A DNA stretch of 64,000 nt from an uncultured Actinomycetes bacterium (GTDB lineage: Bacteria; Actinomycetota; Thermoleophilia; Gaiellales; JAICJC01): positions 251,807-315,806 of the forward strand of contig CAVPSM010000011.1 of assembly GCA_963708365.1 (NCBI GenBank), in the 5' to 3' direction. The position numbers and the translations under genes are program-made. Positions 1 through 14,025 of the stretch are shown here, piece by piece (within the stretch, counting starts at the first letter, position 1; every line of letters begins with the position of its first letter). The notes below the pieces were generated by a model. The model had not been told where the DNA came from. It ran no database searches and saw only the letters and a list, made by a program, of their open reading frames with translations.

Positions 1-510
1 CGCGGCGACGATGGCGAGGGTGCGCGGCGAGAGGGTCGCTGTGGGATGGCCGGCGACCGCGAGCACGGCCACCGGGCCGAGGGCGTAGCACGAGCTGACG
101 ACGTGCAGCCCGAGCCGGCCGGGATGCCAGTCGCCGCGCAGGTGGCGGGGCAGCGCGCTCAGGGCGTAGCCGAGCGCGACCAGGAGAGGCACGGCGGCAG
201 GGGCCGCCAGGAACAGCATCGGGACGAAGACGAGCTGGGTTAGCACGGCGGCGCCGGCGCCGACCTCGAACTGCACACCGGCGACCGCGGCGTAGCAGAG
301 CACGAGCAGCGCGGCGGTGAGGACGCTGTGCCCGGTCGGATCGGGCGCCCACTCGCAGATCGCGGCGACCGCGATCACGAATCCCGCGACGACGATCGCC
401 GTCGCGACGGCCTCGCGCCGCATCGGCGCCCGGCGCATGCGGGCGCGCGACTGCTCGACCAGCCGATCCTCTTCTGCGGGGGCCGTGTGCCCCCGACCGA
501 GACCGGGCAC
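1..510 (-). CDS. Membrane protein, N-terminal part only (runs off the window); probably a membrane-bound HD-GYP or other c-di-GMP signalling protein
   Basis: Open minus-strand frame EEDRLVEQSRARMRR...VQFEVGAGAAVLTQLVFVPMLFL with several hydrophobic segments. The catalytic domain is not in the window and the start codon is uncertain. Confidence 0.5.
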   Translation of the reverse strand, partial: MPGLGRGHTAPAEEDRLVEQSRARMRRAPMRREAVATAIVVAGFVIAVAAICEWAPDPTGHSVLTAALLVLCYAAVAGVQFEVGAGAAVLTQLVFVPMLFLAAPAAVPLLVALGYALSALPRHLRGDWHPGRLGLHVVSSCYALGPVAVLAVAGHPTATLSPRTLAIVAA

Positions 511-553
511 GCGCCAGCCCAGATGCCGTGTCGGACGCCACATCTCACACGAG

Positions 554-580
554 TCATCGGCAAAAACGCCAATAGGTTGA
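554..580 (-). promoter_or_regulatory. Sigma-28 (FliA/WhiG-type) promoter
   Basis: Minus strand reads TCAA-N15-GCCGATGA, against the consensus TAAA-N15-GCCGATAA. Confidence 0.6.
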
Positions 581-697
581 TACCACGATCACCGAAACAG
601 GGGACGCGCGGCGGCGATTTCGTCTCCACCCTGAGCAACGGCGCGACGCTTCCCCCGTGTCCGCCGCTCGCCCAAGACCCCCGCTTCAAGGAGCACC

Positions 698-1342
698 GTG
701 GCTCTCCGCACCCTCGCCCGCATCCTCCTCGGCATGGCCGCGCTCGCGTCGGCCGCCGCCATGACGGCCTCGGCCGCCGCGCCCGCACACGCGGCGTCGC
801 TCGGCCTCTCCTGTCCCAACCCCACCTACACGCCGTTCGTCACGTTCCGGGACGTTGACAACTACGCCGCTGTGCCCGACGGCGGCTTCGAGAACGGCGC
901 CGCCGGCTGGACGCTGACGGGCGGCGCTCGCGTCGTCACCGGGAACGAGCCGTGGATGGTCGGCGCCCCCGGCGACACCCACTCGCTCTCGCTCCCGGCC
1001 GGGAGCAGCGCCACCTCGCCGCCGATGTGCATCGGGCTGTTCTCGAAGCAGATGCGCTTCTTCGCCCAGAACTCCGGCGCAGCCGGGTCGCAGCTCCGCG
1101 TCCAGGTCATCTACCACGGTGGTGTCGGCGCCCTCCTCGGCGGGCTCGGCAGCACGCTCGGGATTTCCGACAAGAAGTCCTTCCCCGGTGGCAAGGCGTG
1201 GGATGTGAGCCCAGTCGTCCCAATGACCGGCGGCGTTCTGCCGCTCCTGACGCAGTCGGTGCAGTTCCGGATCACGCCCCTCTCCACCGGCGGGAACTGG
1301 CGCATCGACGACGTCTACCTCGACCCCCTCATGCACCGCTAG
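698..1342 (+). CDS. Secreted hypothetical protein with a probable jelly-roll/CBM-like beta domain
   Basis: AAGGAG RBS, Ala-rich signal peptide, DGGFE and WRIDDVYLDP motifs. Confidence 0.7.
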   Translation: MALRTLARILLGMAALASAAAMTASAAAPAHAASLGLSCPNPTYTPFVTFRDVDNYAAVPDGGFENGAAGWTLTGGARVVTGNEPWMVGAPGDTHSLSLPAGSSATSPPMCIGLFSKQMRFFAQNSGAAGSQLRVQVIYHGGVGALLGGLGSTLGISDKKSFPGGKAWDVSPVVPMTGGVLPLLTQSVQFRITPLSTGGNWRIDDVYLDPLMHR

Positions 1343-1432
1343 GAGCACCAAGGATCCTCGGGCCGGCGCCGGCCCGAGGTGTGGGCACGGCAGGCGCCGC
1401 GCCCTGGGCAGGCCGTCTGGCATTCTGCCCGG

Positions 1433-2629
1433 GTGCGGCGCCCGGTCGTTCTTCTGCTGTTCGCGGCCGTGTTCGTCGGCGAGGCGATGTGGAGCGCGAT
1501 CGTCCCGCTCGTCCCCGAGTTCGCGCACCGCTTCGCGCTCTCCCCGCTCGAGTCGGGCTTCCTGCTCGCCAGCGCGAGCGTCGCGATCCTGGTCGTCTCG
1601 ATCCCCGCCGGGATGGTCGGCGACCGGTTCGGAGTGCGCCGGGTCACGCTGATCGCGCTCGCCCTGATCGCCCTCAGCGACGCGGGCCAGGGCGTGGCGG
1701 GCAGCTTCTGGGCGCTGGTCGCGGCCCGAACGCTCTTCGGCGTCGGCTTCGGCGCGCTCTGGACGACGGGGCTCGCCTGGCTGAGTGAGGCGACGGGCGA
1801 GCGTCGCTCGAAGGCGCTCGCGCTGACCGTGACGACCGCCGGCGTCGGCAACGTCGCCGGGCCTGCGTTCGCCGGCGTGCTCGTCGACCGCTTCGGCCTC
1901 GCCGCGCCGTTCACGATCGCCGCCCTGGTGACCGGCCTGCTCGTCACGGCGCTCGCGCTCGAGACGTCGGGTACCGGCCACCGGGAGGCGAGCGAGGGAC
2001 TCCCGGCCACCGGCGCCGTCGTCGCGGCGCTGCACGACCGCCTGGTGGTCGCGAGCCTCGTGCTGATGGCGCTCGGCGGCATGATCGGCGGGGCCATCAA
2101 CCTGCTCGTGCCGCTCGAGCTGCACCGCAACGGCGTCGCGGCGGCCGGGATCGGGGCCGCCTTCGCCGCGTCGGCCGTCCTCTTCATCTGCTCGAGCGCG
2201 GGCGTGGCCCACCTCGGCGACCGGGCGGTCCGGGCCAGCATCGGCGCCGCGGCATGCGCCTGCGCCGCCGCGATCATGCTGATCCCGCTCTCGAGCACGG
2301 CCACCGCATCGCTGGTGGTGTTCCTGCTCGCCCGCGGGCCGATCACGGCCGTCCTCTATACGGTCACGTTCCCGCTCGGCGCCCTCGGCGGCCGCGAGGC
2401 CGGGATCGGCGTTGCGACCGTTGCCGCCCTCCTCAACATCGTCTGGGCGGCGTCGATGCTGGTCGCGCCGGTCGCGGCCGGCGCGATCTCGCAAGCCGCC
2501 GGGGACCGGGCCGCCTACGCGGCGGTCGCCGCGCTCTCGGTCGCGGTCGCGGTATGGATCGCGTCGACGAGCCCGCAAGCGCCGGCCGCACGGCCGGCGC
2601 TCAGCGACTCGCGGTCTACCAGCGCTTGA
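1433..2629 (+). CDS. MFS transporter
   Basis: About 12 hydrophobic helices and motif A GMVGDRFGVRR; start approximate. Confidence 0.85.
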   Translation: MRRPVVLLLFAAVFVGEAMWSAIVPLVPEFAHRFALSPLESGFLLASASVAILVVSIPAGMVGDRFGVRRVTLIALALIALSDAGQGVAGSFWALVAARTLFGVGFGALWTTGLAWLSEATGERRSKALALTVTTAGVGNVAGPAFAGVLVDRFGLAAPFTIAALVTGLLVTALALETSGTGHREASEGLPATGAVVAALHDRLVVASLVLMALGGMIGGAINLLVPLELHRNGVAAAGIGAAFAASAVLFICSSAGVAHLGDRAVRASIGAAACACAAAIMLIPLSSTATASLVVFLLARGPITAVLYTVTFPLGALGGREAGIGVATVAALLNIVWAASMLVAPVAAGAISQAAGDRAAYAAVAALSVAVAVWIASTSPQAPAARPALSDSRSTSA

Positions 2630-3185
2630 CCCAGTCGGCCGTCCAGACGCATGCGCCGGCGTGGCCGAGAAAGCGCCCGCAGGCCCGGCTGATGCCGATG
2701 CGCGACCAGGTGGCGGAGAGCAGGATCGCGCGGTGCTCGGGGCTGTGCAGCCAGGCGATGACGACCTGGCCCGGCTTGGCGAGGACACCGGTCCCCCAGG
2801 CGAGTGTCTCGCCCGCCTCCCACGAGTAGCCGGTGACGAATCCGCTCTTCGTGATGCGGTCGAGCAGGGTGCTGCCGCCCGGACTCGTGTGGCTGAAGTA
2901 GTCGCGGATCACCATGTCGTCGGAGTGCCGCTGCGCTGTCAGCCGGAGCAGGAGCGACGGGCGCACGGCGCCCAGCCCGTGCGTGACCCGCACCTCGTTC
3001 AGCTTCTCCAGCATGACCGTCCGCGGACGTAGGGTCGCCCCTGTCGCGATCGCCGTTCCGAGCGTGCCCACGCCCATCAGTACCACCAGCCCCACCACGA
3101 ATGCACGAAGTCGAGTGTCCACGCCAGGGACGTCGGCCGTCGCGCCCCGGCCGCCCCCCACCGAATCGGGGTGGTCGGCATCCAC
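2616..3185 (-). CDS. CAP (SCP/Tpx-1) domain protein
   Basis: LNEVRVTHGL, AQRHSDDM, YFSHTSP, GETLAWG and WLHSPEHRAILL motifs. Start is at 3185 or 3122. Confidence 0.85.
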   Translation of the reverse strand: MDADHPDSVGGGRGATADVPGVDTRLRAFVVGLVVLMGVGTLGTAIATGATLRPRTVMLEKLNEVRVTHGLGAVRPSLLLRLTAQRHSDDMVIRDYFSHTSPGGSTLLDRITKSGFVTGYSWEAGETLAWGTGVLAKPGQVVIAWLHSPEHRAILLSATWSRIGISRACGRFLGHAGACVWTADWVKRW

Positions 3186-3280
3186 CGAACCGTGGAACCG
3201 CCGCCTCCCCGCCTCGGTGGAGGACGGCTCCCCGATCCGGCCAGGGCGATGTAACCGTCTGCGCCCCCGGCCAGGGCCCC

Positions 3281-4222
3281 GTGAGACTACGATCCGGCGC
3301 GTTGATCCTGCTCGCGATCCCCAGCCCGTCGAGTCCCTACATCTTCCGGTTGGGGGCGCTGCAGCCCCGCTGGTACGGGCTGTTGCTCGCGTGCGGCGTG
3401 CTCCTGGCGGGGTGGATGGCGCGGCGCGAGTTCCGCCGCCGCCGCATCGACCCCGACCTCGCGTACACGATCGCCGTGTGGACGGTGCCGTTCGGCCTGG
3501 TCGGCGCACGGCTCTACCACGTCGTCACCGACTGGGGCGCCTTCTGGCCGCACCACCTCGCCGACACGCCGAAGATCTGGCAGGGCGGGCTCGGCATCTG
3601 GGGCGCCGTGCTGGGCGGGATGCTGGGGACGTGGATCGGCTGCCGCCGTGCGCGACTGCCGTTCTGGCAGGTGGCGGACTGCATCGCCCCGGGCCTGATC
3701 CTCGCCCAGGCGCTCGGCCGGTGGGGCAACTACGCCAACCAGGAGCTCTACGGTCACCCGTCCAGCCTGCCCTGGGCGGTGAAGATCGATCCAGCGCACC
3801 GCTACGCGCCCTATCAGGCCGACTCGACGTTCCAGCCGATGTTCCTCTACGAGTCGATCTGGGACGCGCTCATGTGCCTGGTGCTCCTGTGGTTCACCCG
3901 CCGCTACTGGCGCCGGGTGCCGATCGGCACGATCTTCGCGCTCTACGTCGTGCTGTACGACCTCATGCGACTGCCGCTCGAGACGATGAAGATCGACCCG
4001 GCCGACCACATCTTCGGCCAGCGCATCAACGTGTGGGTCGCCGCCGGGACGCTGGTCGCCGCGCTCGTCGTCTTCATCATCCTGTTCCGCCGCCGCACGC
4101 CCGAGCCGGCGCCGGAGCCCGTCGAGACCTCCCCCGCCGTCCCCGGACACGTGCCCACCGCGCGGCCCGAGGCGGCCATCGCTGCCCGCCGCGCGTCGCA
4201 GCGCCGCCGCAGACCCGGGTAG
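3281..4222 (+). CDS. lgt: Prolipoprotein diacylglyceryl transferase
   Basis: RWYG, GARLYHV, IWQGGLGIWG, GRWGNYANQELYG and FLYES motifs. Confidence 0.92.
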   Translation: MRLRSGALILLAIPSPSSPYIFRLGALQPRWYGLLLACGVLLAGWMARREFRRRRIDPDLAYTIAVWTVPFGLVGARLYHVVTDWGAFWPHHLADTPKIWQGGLGIWGAVLGGMLGTWIGCRRARLPFWQVADCIAPGLILAQALGRWGNYANQELYGHPSSLPWAVKIDPAHRYAPYQADSTFQPMFLYESIWDALMCLVLLWFTRRYWRRVPIGTIFALYVVLYDLMRLPLETMKIDPADHIFGQRINVWVAAGTLVAALVVFIILFRRRTPEPAPEPVETSPAVPGHVPTARPEAAIAARRASQRRRRPG

Positions 4223-4225
4223 CCC

Positions 4226-5251
4226 TCAGAAGTTCGAGCTGGCCGCGCAGGGGCCGCGGACGATCACCGTCGGACGGCCGCCGGCGAACGGGATGGTCTC
4301 GAGCAGGCCGTAGGGCGAGGCCAGGCCGCCGCAGCCGATCGACGCGAGCACCGTATGTCCGTCGCGGGAGAGTCCCTGCGGAAAGAGATCGCCGACGAAC
4401 CGCGTTAGCGGCCGTGCCCGCCCGGTCGCCACGTCGACCGCGTAGAGCCTGCCGTTGTGGGTCGCCGGGTAGGCGGCCAACATCCGCGTCCCGTCGGCCG
4501 ACCACGCGGCCGGGTAGATGCCGGCGTGGGTGTGCGTCAGCTGGTGTGGATCGCTCCCATCGGCTCCCATGAGCCAGACATCGCCATACCCGTTCGGCAT
4601 GTACCGCTCGAACGCGATCCCCCGCGGGCCCCAGAGCGGATAGATGCTGTGCCCTCCGCTCGTCAGCCGGTGGATCACATCTCCCTTGATCGTCACCGTG
4701 TAGATGTCCGGCCCGTGACGCCCGTTGGTCTCATAGACGAGCGCCGAGCCGTCCGGCGAGAACGAGAAGCCGTACCCGCCCGGGTGGAGGTTGAGCACGC
4801 GTGTGCGCAGCGTCCGGGCGTCAAGCAGCGCCAGACCGTGGTGCGCCACCGCCACGGCCAGCAGCTGTCCGTCCGTTGACCAGGCCGCGGCCGAGCCGGT
4901 GAGGCTGGTGTCCCGCGGATGTCCGCCGAGCGTGCTCACCAGACGTAACGTCGACGGGTGCGCGAGGGGGCCTCCGATGTACGCAACCCAGCGTCCATTG
5001 GGCGACAGCAGTGGATCCGTCCCCTCCGCAAGTGGTGTCGGCTGCCTTCCGGAGGGCGAGGCGACGTAGACGACCTCGCCCTTGACGTCGTACCCGGTGC
5101 CGATCGGCTTCGCATACACGAGCGCGACCCGCGCCGGTGCGGCGATCGGGACGGCGGCCGGACCGCCTCGACTGCGGACGACGACCAGTGCGCTGCCAAG
5201 AACGAGGGCCGCCACGACGAACCCGGCTGCGACACGGCGGGCGAGCGTCAC
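4226..5251 (-). CDS. Exported TolB-like/PD40 beta-propeller protein
   Basis: N-terminal hydrophobic anchor followed by repeated SPNG/WSTDG/FSPDG/WSADG motifs. Confidence 0.75.
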   Translation of the reverse strand: MTLARRVAAGFVVAALVLGSALVVVRSRGGPAAVPIAAPARVALVYAKPIGTGYDVKGEVVYVASPSGRQPTPLAEGTDPLLSPNGRWVAYIGGPLAHPSTLRLVSTLGGHPRDTSLTGSAAAWSTDGQLLAVAVAHHGLALLDARTLRTRVLNLHPGGYGFSFSPDGSALVYETNGRHGPDIYTVTIKGDVIHRLTSGGHSIYPLWGPRGIAFERYMPNGYGDVWLMGADGSDPHQLTHTHAGIYPAAWSADGTRMLAAYPATHNGRLYAVDVATGRARPLTRFVGDLFPQGLSRDGHTVLASIGCGGLASPYGLLETIPFAGGRPTVIVRGPCAASSNF

Positions 5252-5254
5252 TCG

Positions 5255-6724
5255 CTAGTGCGGCGTCACCGTGATCGCGTCGAGCTTGAACGTGCCGGAG
5301 TGGACGCTGATCCGGATCGTGTGCTTCCCGGGCGATGCAAGGAAGATCCGGTCGAGGCGGACGCGGGACATTGCCGCGCCGGTCTCGCTGACCGTGCCCT
5401 TCGACTTCCCGTCGATCTGGATCGTCGCCGAGCCCAGCCCCGGCCCCCGCGCGCCGATGACCGAGACGCTCGTGCCCGTGAAGGTGAGCGCCGCCGCCGC
5501 GCCGGCCGTCGACGACTGCTTCACGAACCCGCCGTAGGCGCCGGCCAGGGCCGTCCGCGTCCAACCGCTCGAGTAGTGGACGGCCGGGCTCGTCTCGTCG
5601 TCGATCGCGATCGGCGTGAACAGGTAGAGAGTGTTCGACCCGTTGTCGTTCGGCCCGAGGGCGGTGATGAGGCCGTGGAGGTTGTTGCTCGTCGCGACCC
5701 CCGACCAGCCCGGCGTCACTCCCGGGTTCGTCGACGGCCGATCGAACGGCGTCTGGGCCGCCGTGATCCGCGCGACGGCACCGCCCTGGTAGACGACCGG
5801 CTGCAGATTCCCGGCGGCGTCGGTGATCCCGCCGACGACCTGGCCGCTGTTGGCGATGTGCCCGGGGTTGTTCGGCAGGCTGCTTCCACCCGGGATGTCG
5901 CCCGCCAGGATGCACTGGCCGCTCAGCTTCGGCAGCACCGTCCGCGTCCCGGCGTGCCACAGCCACGTCGCGCACCCGCCGCCGCCGTTGACCGCGTACC
6001 CGAGCACCGTTCCGGAGGCGTTCACCGAGGTCGCGCAGCCCTGGGTCATCCCGACCGGCAGTCCGAGGTCGGTCATCGCCCCGCCCTGATACCGGAACGG
6101 GTGGTACCTGCCGGCCGACGTCTGGGCGCAGCCGACCGCCCGGCCCGAGGCATAGGTCGCATACGCGACGCTGTTGTCGCCGCCCAGCGTGCCGAGGTCC
6201 TTGACCGTCGACCCGTCCCACAGGAACGCGTGCGTCACGCCCGACGCCAGATCCGCCTGGCCGACCACCTGGCCGGCGCCGTTGATCCCCTCCCCGTCGG
6301 CGTTCGTCCCCCCGAGCGTCGGGATCAGCGTCGTCTGCCCGGTCGCGATCGAGTAGCGGTAGGCCTGGTTGAAGTCCGTCTGGGTGGTGGCGTCGAAGTT
6401 CGAGACGCTGCCCGTGATCTGCCCGGCCGCGTTGATCCCGAAGGCGCCCGCGCCGAAGCCGTTACAGAGCATGCAGGCCGCCGGCAGGATCGTGACCCGC
6501 CCATGCGACCAGTACCCGGCGTCGTCGCAGCAGCTGCCCTGGAAGACGGAGAGCGCAACCTGGCCGTTCGCGTTCAGGCTGGCGGTGTCGATCCCCGCCT
6601 CGTCGGTGATCGGGACGACGGCATAGCGCGTGGCCGCCCTCGCCGACGAGGCGCCCAGCCCCCCGAGCACCGCCGTCGCGAGGCACACCGCCACGACAAC
6701 AACACGGATCCGGCGAGCGTCCAT
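5255..6724 (-). CDS. Secreted HAF-repeat protein with a C-terminal beta-sandwich domain
   Basis: Signal peptide MDARRIRVVVV; repeats of INAAGQITG, HAFLW and DLGTLGG; GGAGG RBS. Confidence 0.8.
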   Translation of the reverse strand: MDARRIRVVVVAVCLATAVLGGLGASSARAATRYAVVPITDEAGIDTASLNANGQVALSVFQGSCCDDAGYWSHGRVTILPAACMLCNGFGAGAFGINAAGQITGSVSNFDATTQTDFNQAYRYSIATGQTTLIPTLGGTNADGEGINGAGQVVGQADLASGVTHAFLWDGSTVKDLGTLGGDNSVAYATYASGRAVGCAQTSAGRYHPFRYQGGAMTDLGLPVGMTQGCATSVNASGTVLGYAVNGGGGCATWLWHAGTRTVLPKLSGQCILAGDIPGGSSLPNNPGHIANSGQVVGGITDAAGNLQPVVYQGGAVARITAAQTPFDRPSTNPGVTPGWSGVATSNNLHGLITALGPNDNGSNTLYLFTPIAIDDETSPAVHYSSGWTRTALAGAYGGFVKQSSTAGAAAALTFTGTSVSVIGARGPGLGSATIQIDGKSKGTVSETGAAMSRVRLDRIFLASPGKHTIRISVHSGTFKLDAITVTPH

Positions 6725-6773
6725 GGCGCCTCCCCTCGATTGCCGGAAGGCATACACCCCGCGCGCGGCGAAG

Positions 6774-7181
6774 TCAACCGGCTGCGGGGCCCGCGCCGAG
6801 CTCCGCAAGGAGCGCGTCGACGCGACGTCCGATCTCGTCGCGGATCCGCCGCACCTCTTCCACGGGCCGGCCGGCCGGATCGTCGAGCGCCCAGTCGATG
6901 TACCGCTTCCCCGGCAGGAACGGGCACTCGTCGCCGCAGCCCATCGTGACGACCACCTCGGCCCAGCGAACATCGGCGTCGTCGAGCAGGTACGGCACCC
7001 GGCCGCCGAGGTCTGTCCCGGCCTCGCGCATGGCCTCGACCACCTCGGGATGCACGCGCGTGGCGGGGCGACTGCCTGCCGAACGGGCGCCGTACCGGCC
7101 GCCGGAGGCCCGCACGAACAACGCCTCGGCCATCTGCGACCGGCCGGCGTTCTGGACGCAGACGAAAAGCACGTTCGTCAC
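6774..7181 (-). CDS. arsC: Arsenate reductase, LMW-PTP family (orphan copy)
   Basis: VLFVCVQNAGRSQMA P-loop, MGCGDECP and DWALDDP motifs. Confidence 0.88.
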   Translation of the reverse strand: MTNVLFVCVQNAGRSQMAEALFVRASGGRYGARSAGSRPATRVHPEVVEAMREAGTDLGGRVPYLLDDADVRWAEVVVTMGCGDECPFLPGKRYIDWALDDPAGRPVEEVRRIRDEIGRRVDALLAELGAGPAAG

Positions 7182-7288
7182 GTCGCCGTCTCCGCCCACG
7201 GGTCGGCGGCGATACTGGCAAACGCGATCAGCGTCACCTGGCGATGATACTCAGCGGGTGGCTGGTGGCACGGCCCCCACAACCACAT

Positions 7289-8494
7289 ATGATCGCCGCC
7301 ATCGCCGACGCCTCCGGACTCATGCAGGGCCTGCCGCCGTCGGGTGACGGCGTCGTCGGCGTCCACAACTGGTCGACCTACCCGCACCTGCGATGGGGCT
7401 TCCTGCACACCCGCGAGATCGTGCCGACGGCGCGGATCGAGCGCGGCGCCGGGCCGCCCCTGGCGCTCGAGCCCGACCTGCGCGACGTCGCCGGCCTCAC
7501 GTACCCGTGGGCAGGCGAGCGCCTGACCGTGGCCGACATGCTGGAGCGCACGTACGCCGACGGCTTCCTGGTGCTCCACGGCGGCCGCGTGGCGATGGAG
7601 CACTACGGCGCCGGGATGACCTCCGCGACGACCCACCTGCTCCAGTCGGTGTCGAAGTCGATCGCCGGCACGGTCGCCGGCATCCTCGTCGGGCGCGGAC
7701 TGATCGCCCCCGACGCGCCGGTGACGGACTACGTCGACGAGCTCGCGGGCACGAGCTTCGAGGGCGCGACCGTCCGCCACGTCCTCGACATGCGCACCGG
7801 CACCGCCTACGACGAGACATACGACGACCCGGCTTCCGACGTGTTCCTGACCGAGGTGCTGGCGGGGTGGAGGCCTCCGGCCGGCGAGCCTGCGGCCGCC
7901 CACGTCTACGAGCAGATCACCCGCCTTCGGAACGCCCGCGCGCACGGCGAGGCGTTCGACTACCGCTCGATCCTGACCGAGCTGCTCGCTTGGGTCATGG
8001 AGCGCGCTTCGGGCATGCGCTATCCGGAGCTCGTCAGCGAGACGCTGTGGTCGCGTATCGGAGCCGAGCAGGACGCCGACGTCACGATCCGCCACGGGGT
8101 CGCCCTGCCGGACGGCGGCGTGTGCGCGACGCTGCGCGACCTCGGCCGCTTCGGGCTCATGCACCTGCGTGAGGGCCGCGTCCGCGACGCCCAGGTCGTC
8201 CCGCGCGACTGGGTGCTCGACACCCGCCACGGCGACGACGAGTGCATCGCCGCCTACGCGCGCGCCGAGGACGTCGAGGTGCACTCCGGCGAGATGTACC
8301 GCAATCAGTTCTGGGTGCTCGAGCGCGACGCGGTCTACGCCGCGCTCGGGATCCACGGGCAGATGGTGTGGATCGACGTGCCGGCGGACGTCGTCTGCGT
8401 GAAGCTCTCGACCTGGCCCGAGCCGACCAACGACGAGCTCGAGGGCTGCTGCCTGGCGGCGTTCGCTGCGATCGCAGATGCGCTGGGCGGCTGA
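7289..8494 (+). CDS. Serine hydrolase, beta-lactamase family (6-aminohexanoate-dimer hydrolase NylB-like)
   Basis: HLLQSVSKS (SxxK), FDYRS, YRNQFW and GIHGQ motifs. Confidence 0.85.
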   Translation: MIAAIADASGLMQGLPPSGDGVVGVHNWSTYPHLRWGFLHTREIVPTARIERGAGPPLALEPDLRDVAGLTYPWAGERLTVADMLERTYADGFLVLHGGRVAMEHYGAGMTSATTHLLQSVSKSIAGTVAGILVGRGLIAPDAPVTDYVDELAGTSFEGATVRHVLDMRTGTAYDETYDDPASDVFLTEVLAGWRPPAGEPAAAHVYEQITRLRNARAHGEAFDYRSILTELLAWVMERASGMRYPELVSETLWSRIGAEQDADVTIRHGVALPDGGVCATLRDLGRFGLMHLREGRVRDAQVVPRDWVLDTRHGDDECIAAYARAEDVEVHSGEMYRNQFWVLERDAVYAALGIHGQMVWIDVPADVVCVKLSTWPEPTNDELEGCCLAAFAAIADALGG

Positions 8495-8527
8495 CAGCCG
8501 ACCCGATCCCTCGATCCACGGCGGTAG

Positions 8528-13083
<4,556 letters not shown>

Positions 13084-13103
13084 AGACGGGCCGGCCGCCC
13101 CCG

Positions 13104-13877
13104 TCACCTTTGAGACCCCGGCACCACCCGTCCCAGTCCCAGCCAGAGCGCCTGTGTGGATCCGATCTGCGCGACCATCGCGGCCCGGGCCGCGTCCTCG
13201 TCGTGGGCCGCGATCGCCGCGATCACCTGGTCGTGCTCGCGGTCTGCGAGCGCGACGACCTCGGCGGTGACCGGCACGAGCTGGGAGATCCGGAACACCT
13301 CGGCCCGCAGCCGCCCCACTTCGACCATCAGCCGGCTCGAGCCGGTGATGTCGGCGATCAGCAGGTGCAGCAGCGTGTCCTGCTCGCTCCACTCGCGGAA
13401 GCTCTTCGTGTGCGTCATTCCCGACGCCAGGGCCGAGAGGTGCTCGACGTGGTCGGGGGTGACCCGGCGGGCCGCGAGCGCCGCGGCCCCGCCCTCGACG
13501 ATGCAGCGGTAGTCGACGAGGTCCGCGAGCTCGGACTCCTCGGGCAGTTGCCCGCCGAACTCCGGCGGCCGGTCCGGCTCGGTCACGATGGTGCCCCCAC
13601 CCCGCCCACGACGGGTCTCGAGGAGCCCCGCGTTTCGCAGGATGGTCAGGGCGCCGCGCAGCGAGACGGGCGAGATGCCGAGGTCGCGGGCAAGCTGCGT
13701 CTCGGGGGGTAGCCGGTCGCCGGGGCGCAGGAGGCCCATCCCGATTGCCTGGCCGAGCCGCGCGACCGCCTGGGCGGTGACGTCTCCGCCGCGGACGGGG
13801 ACGAAGACCGTCTGCTCGACCACGCGTCGCAGGGCCGCGCCGGCGTCAGCCGCCGTCGGGGACGTCTTCGAGGACAT
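13104..13877 (-). CDS. FadR/GntR family transcriptional regulator
   Basis: PGDRLPPETQLARDLGIS...RRGRGGGT HTH plus FCD domain; alternative start at 13823. Confidence 0.88.
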   Translation of the reverse strand: MSSKTSPTAADAGAALRRVVEQTVFVPVRGGDVTAQAVARLGQAIGMGLLRPGDRLPPETQLARDLGISPVSLRGALTILRNAGLLETRRGRGGGTIVTEPDRPPEFGGQLPEESELADLVDYRCIVEGGAAALAARRVTPDHVEHLSALASGMTHTKSFREWSEQDTLLHLLIADITGSSRLMVEVGRLRAEVFRISQLVPVTAEVVALADREHDQVIAAIAAHDEDAARAAMVAQIGSTQALWLGLGRVVPGSQR

Positions 13878-14025
13878 CCTCGATCATCTCCTCCAGCTCG
13901 AAGCTGCCGTGGACGGTCTGGATGTGCTCCTGGGCGGCCTGCACCGCCTCGGGCACGCCGGCGGTGACGACCGACCAGTCGCATCCGGGCTCGACACACG
14001 ACCAGCGCTTGGCCACCGCCGTCAC
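13846..14025 (-). CDS. 59-aa C-x4-C-x18-H-x4-H metal-binding microprotein (DUF1059-like)
   Basis: Manual translation MTAVAKRWSCVEPGCDWSVVTAGVPEAVQAAQEHIQTVHGSFELEEMIEDVLEDVPDGG; its start overlaps the oxidase stop (GTGA). Not in the ORF track. Confidence 0.7.
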   Translation of the reverse strand: MTAVAKRWSCVEPGCDWSVVTAGVPEAVQAAQEHIQTVHGSFELEEMIEDVLEDVPDGG

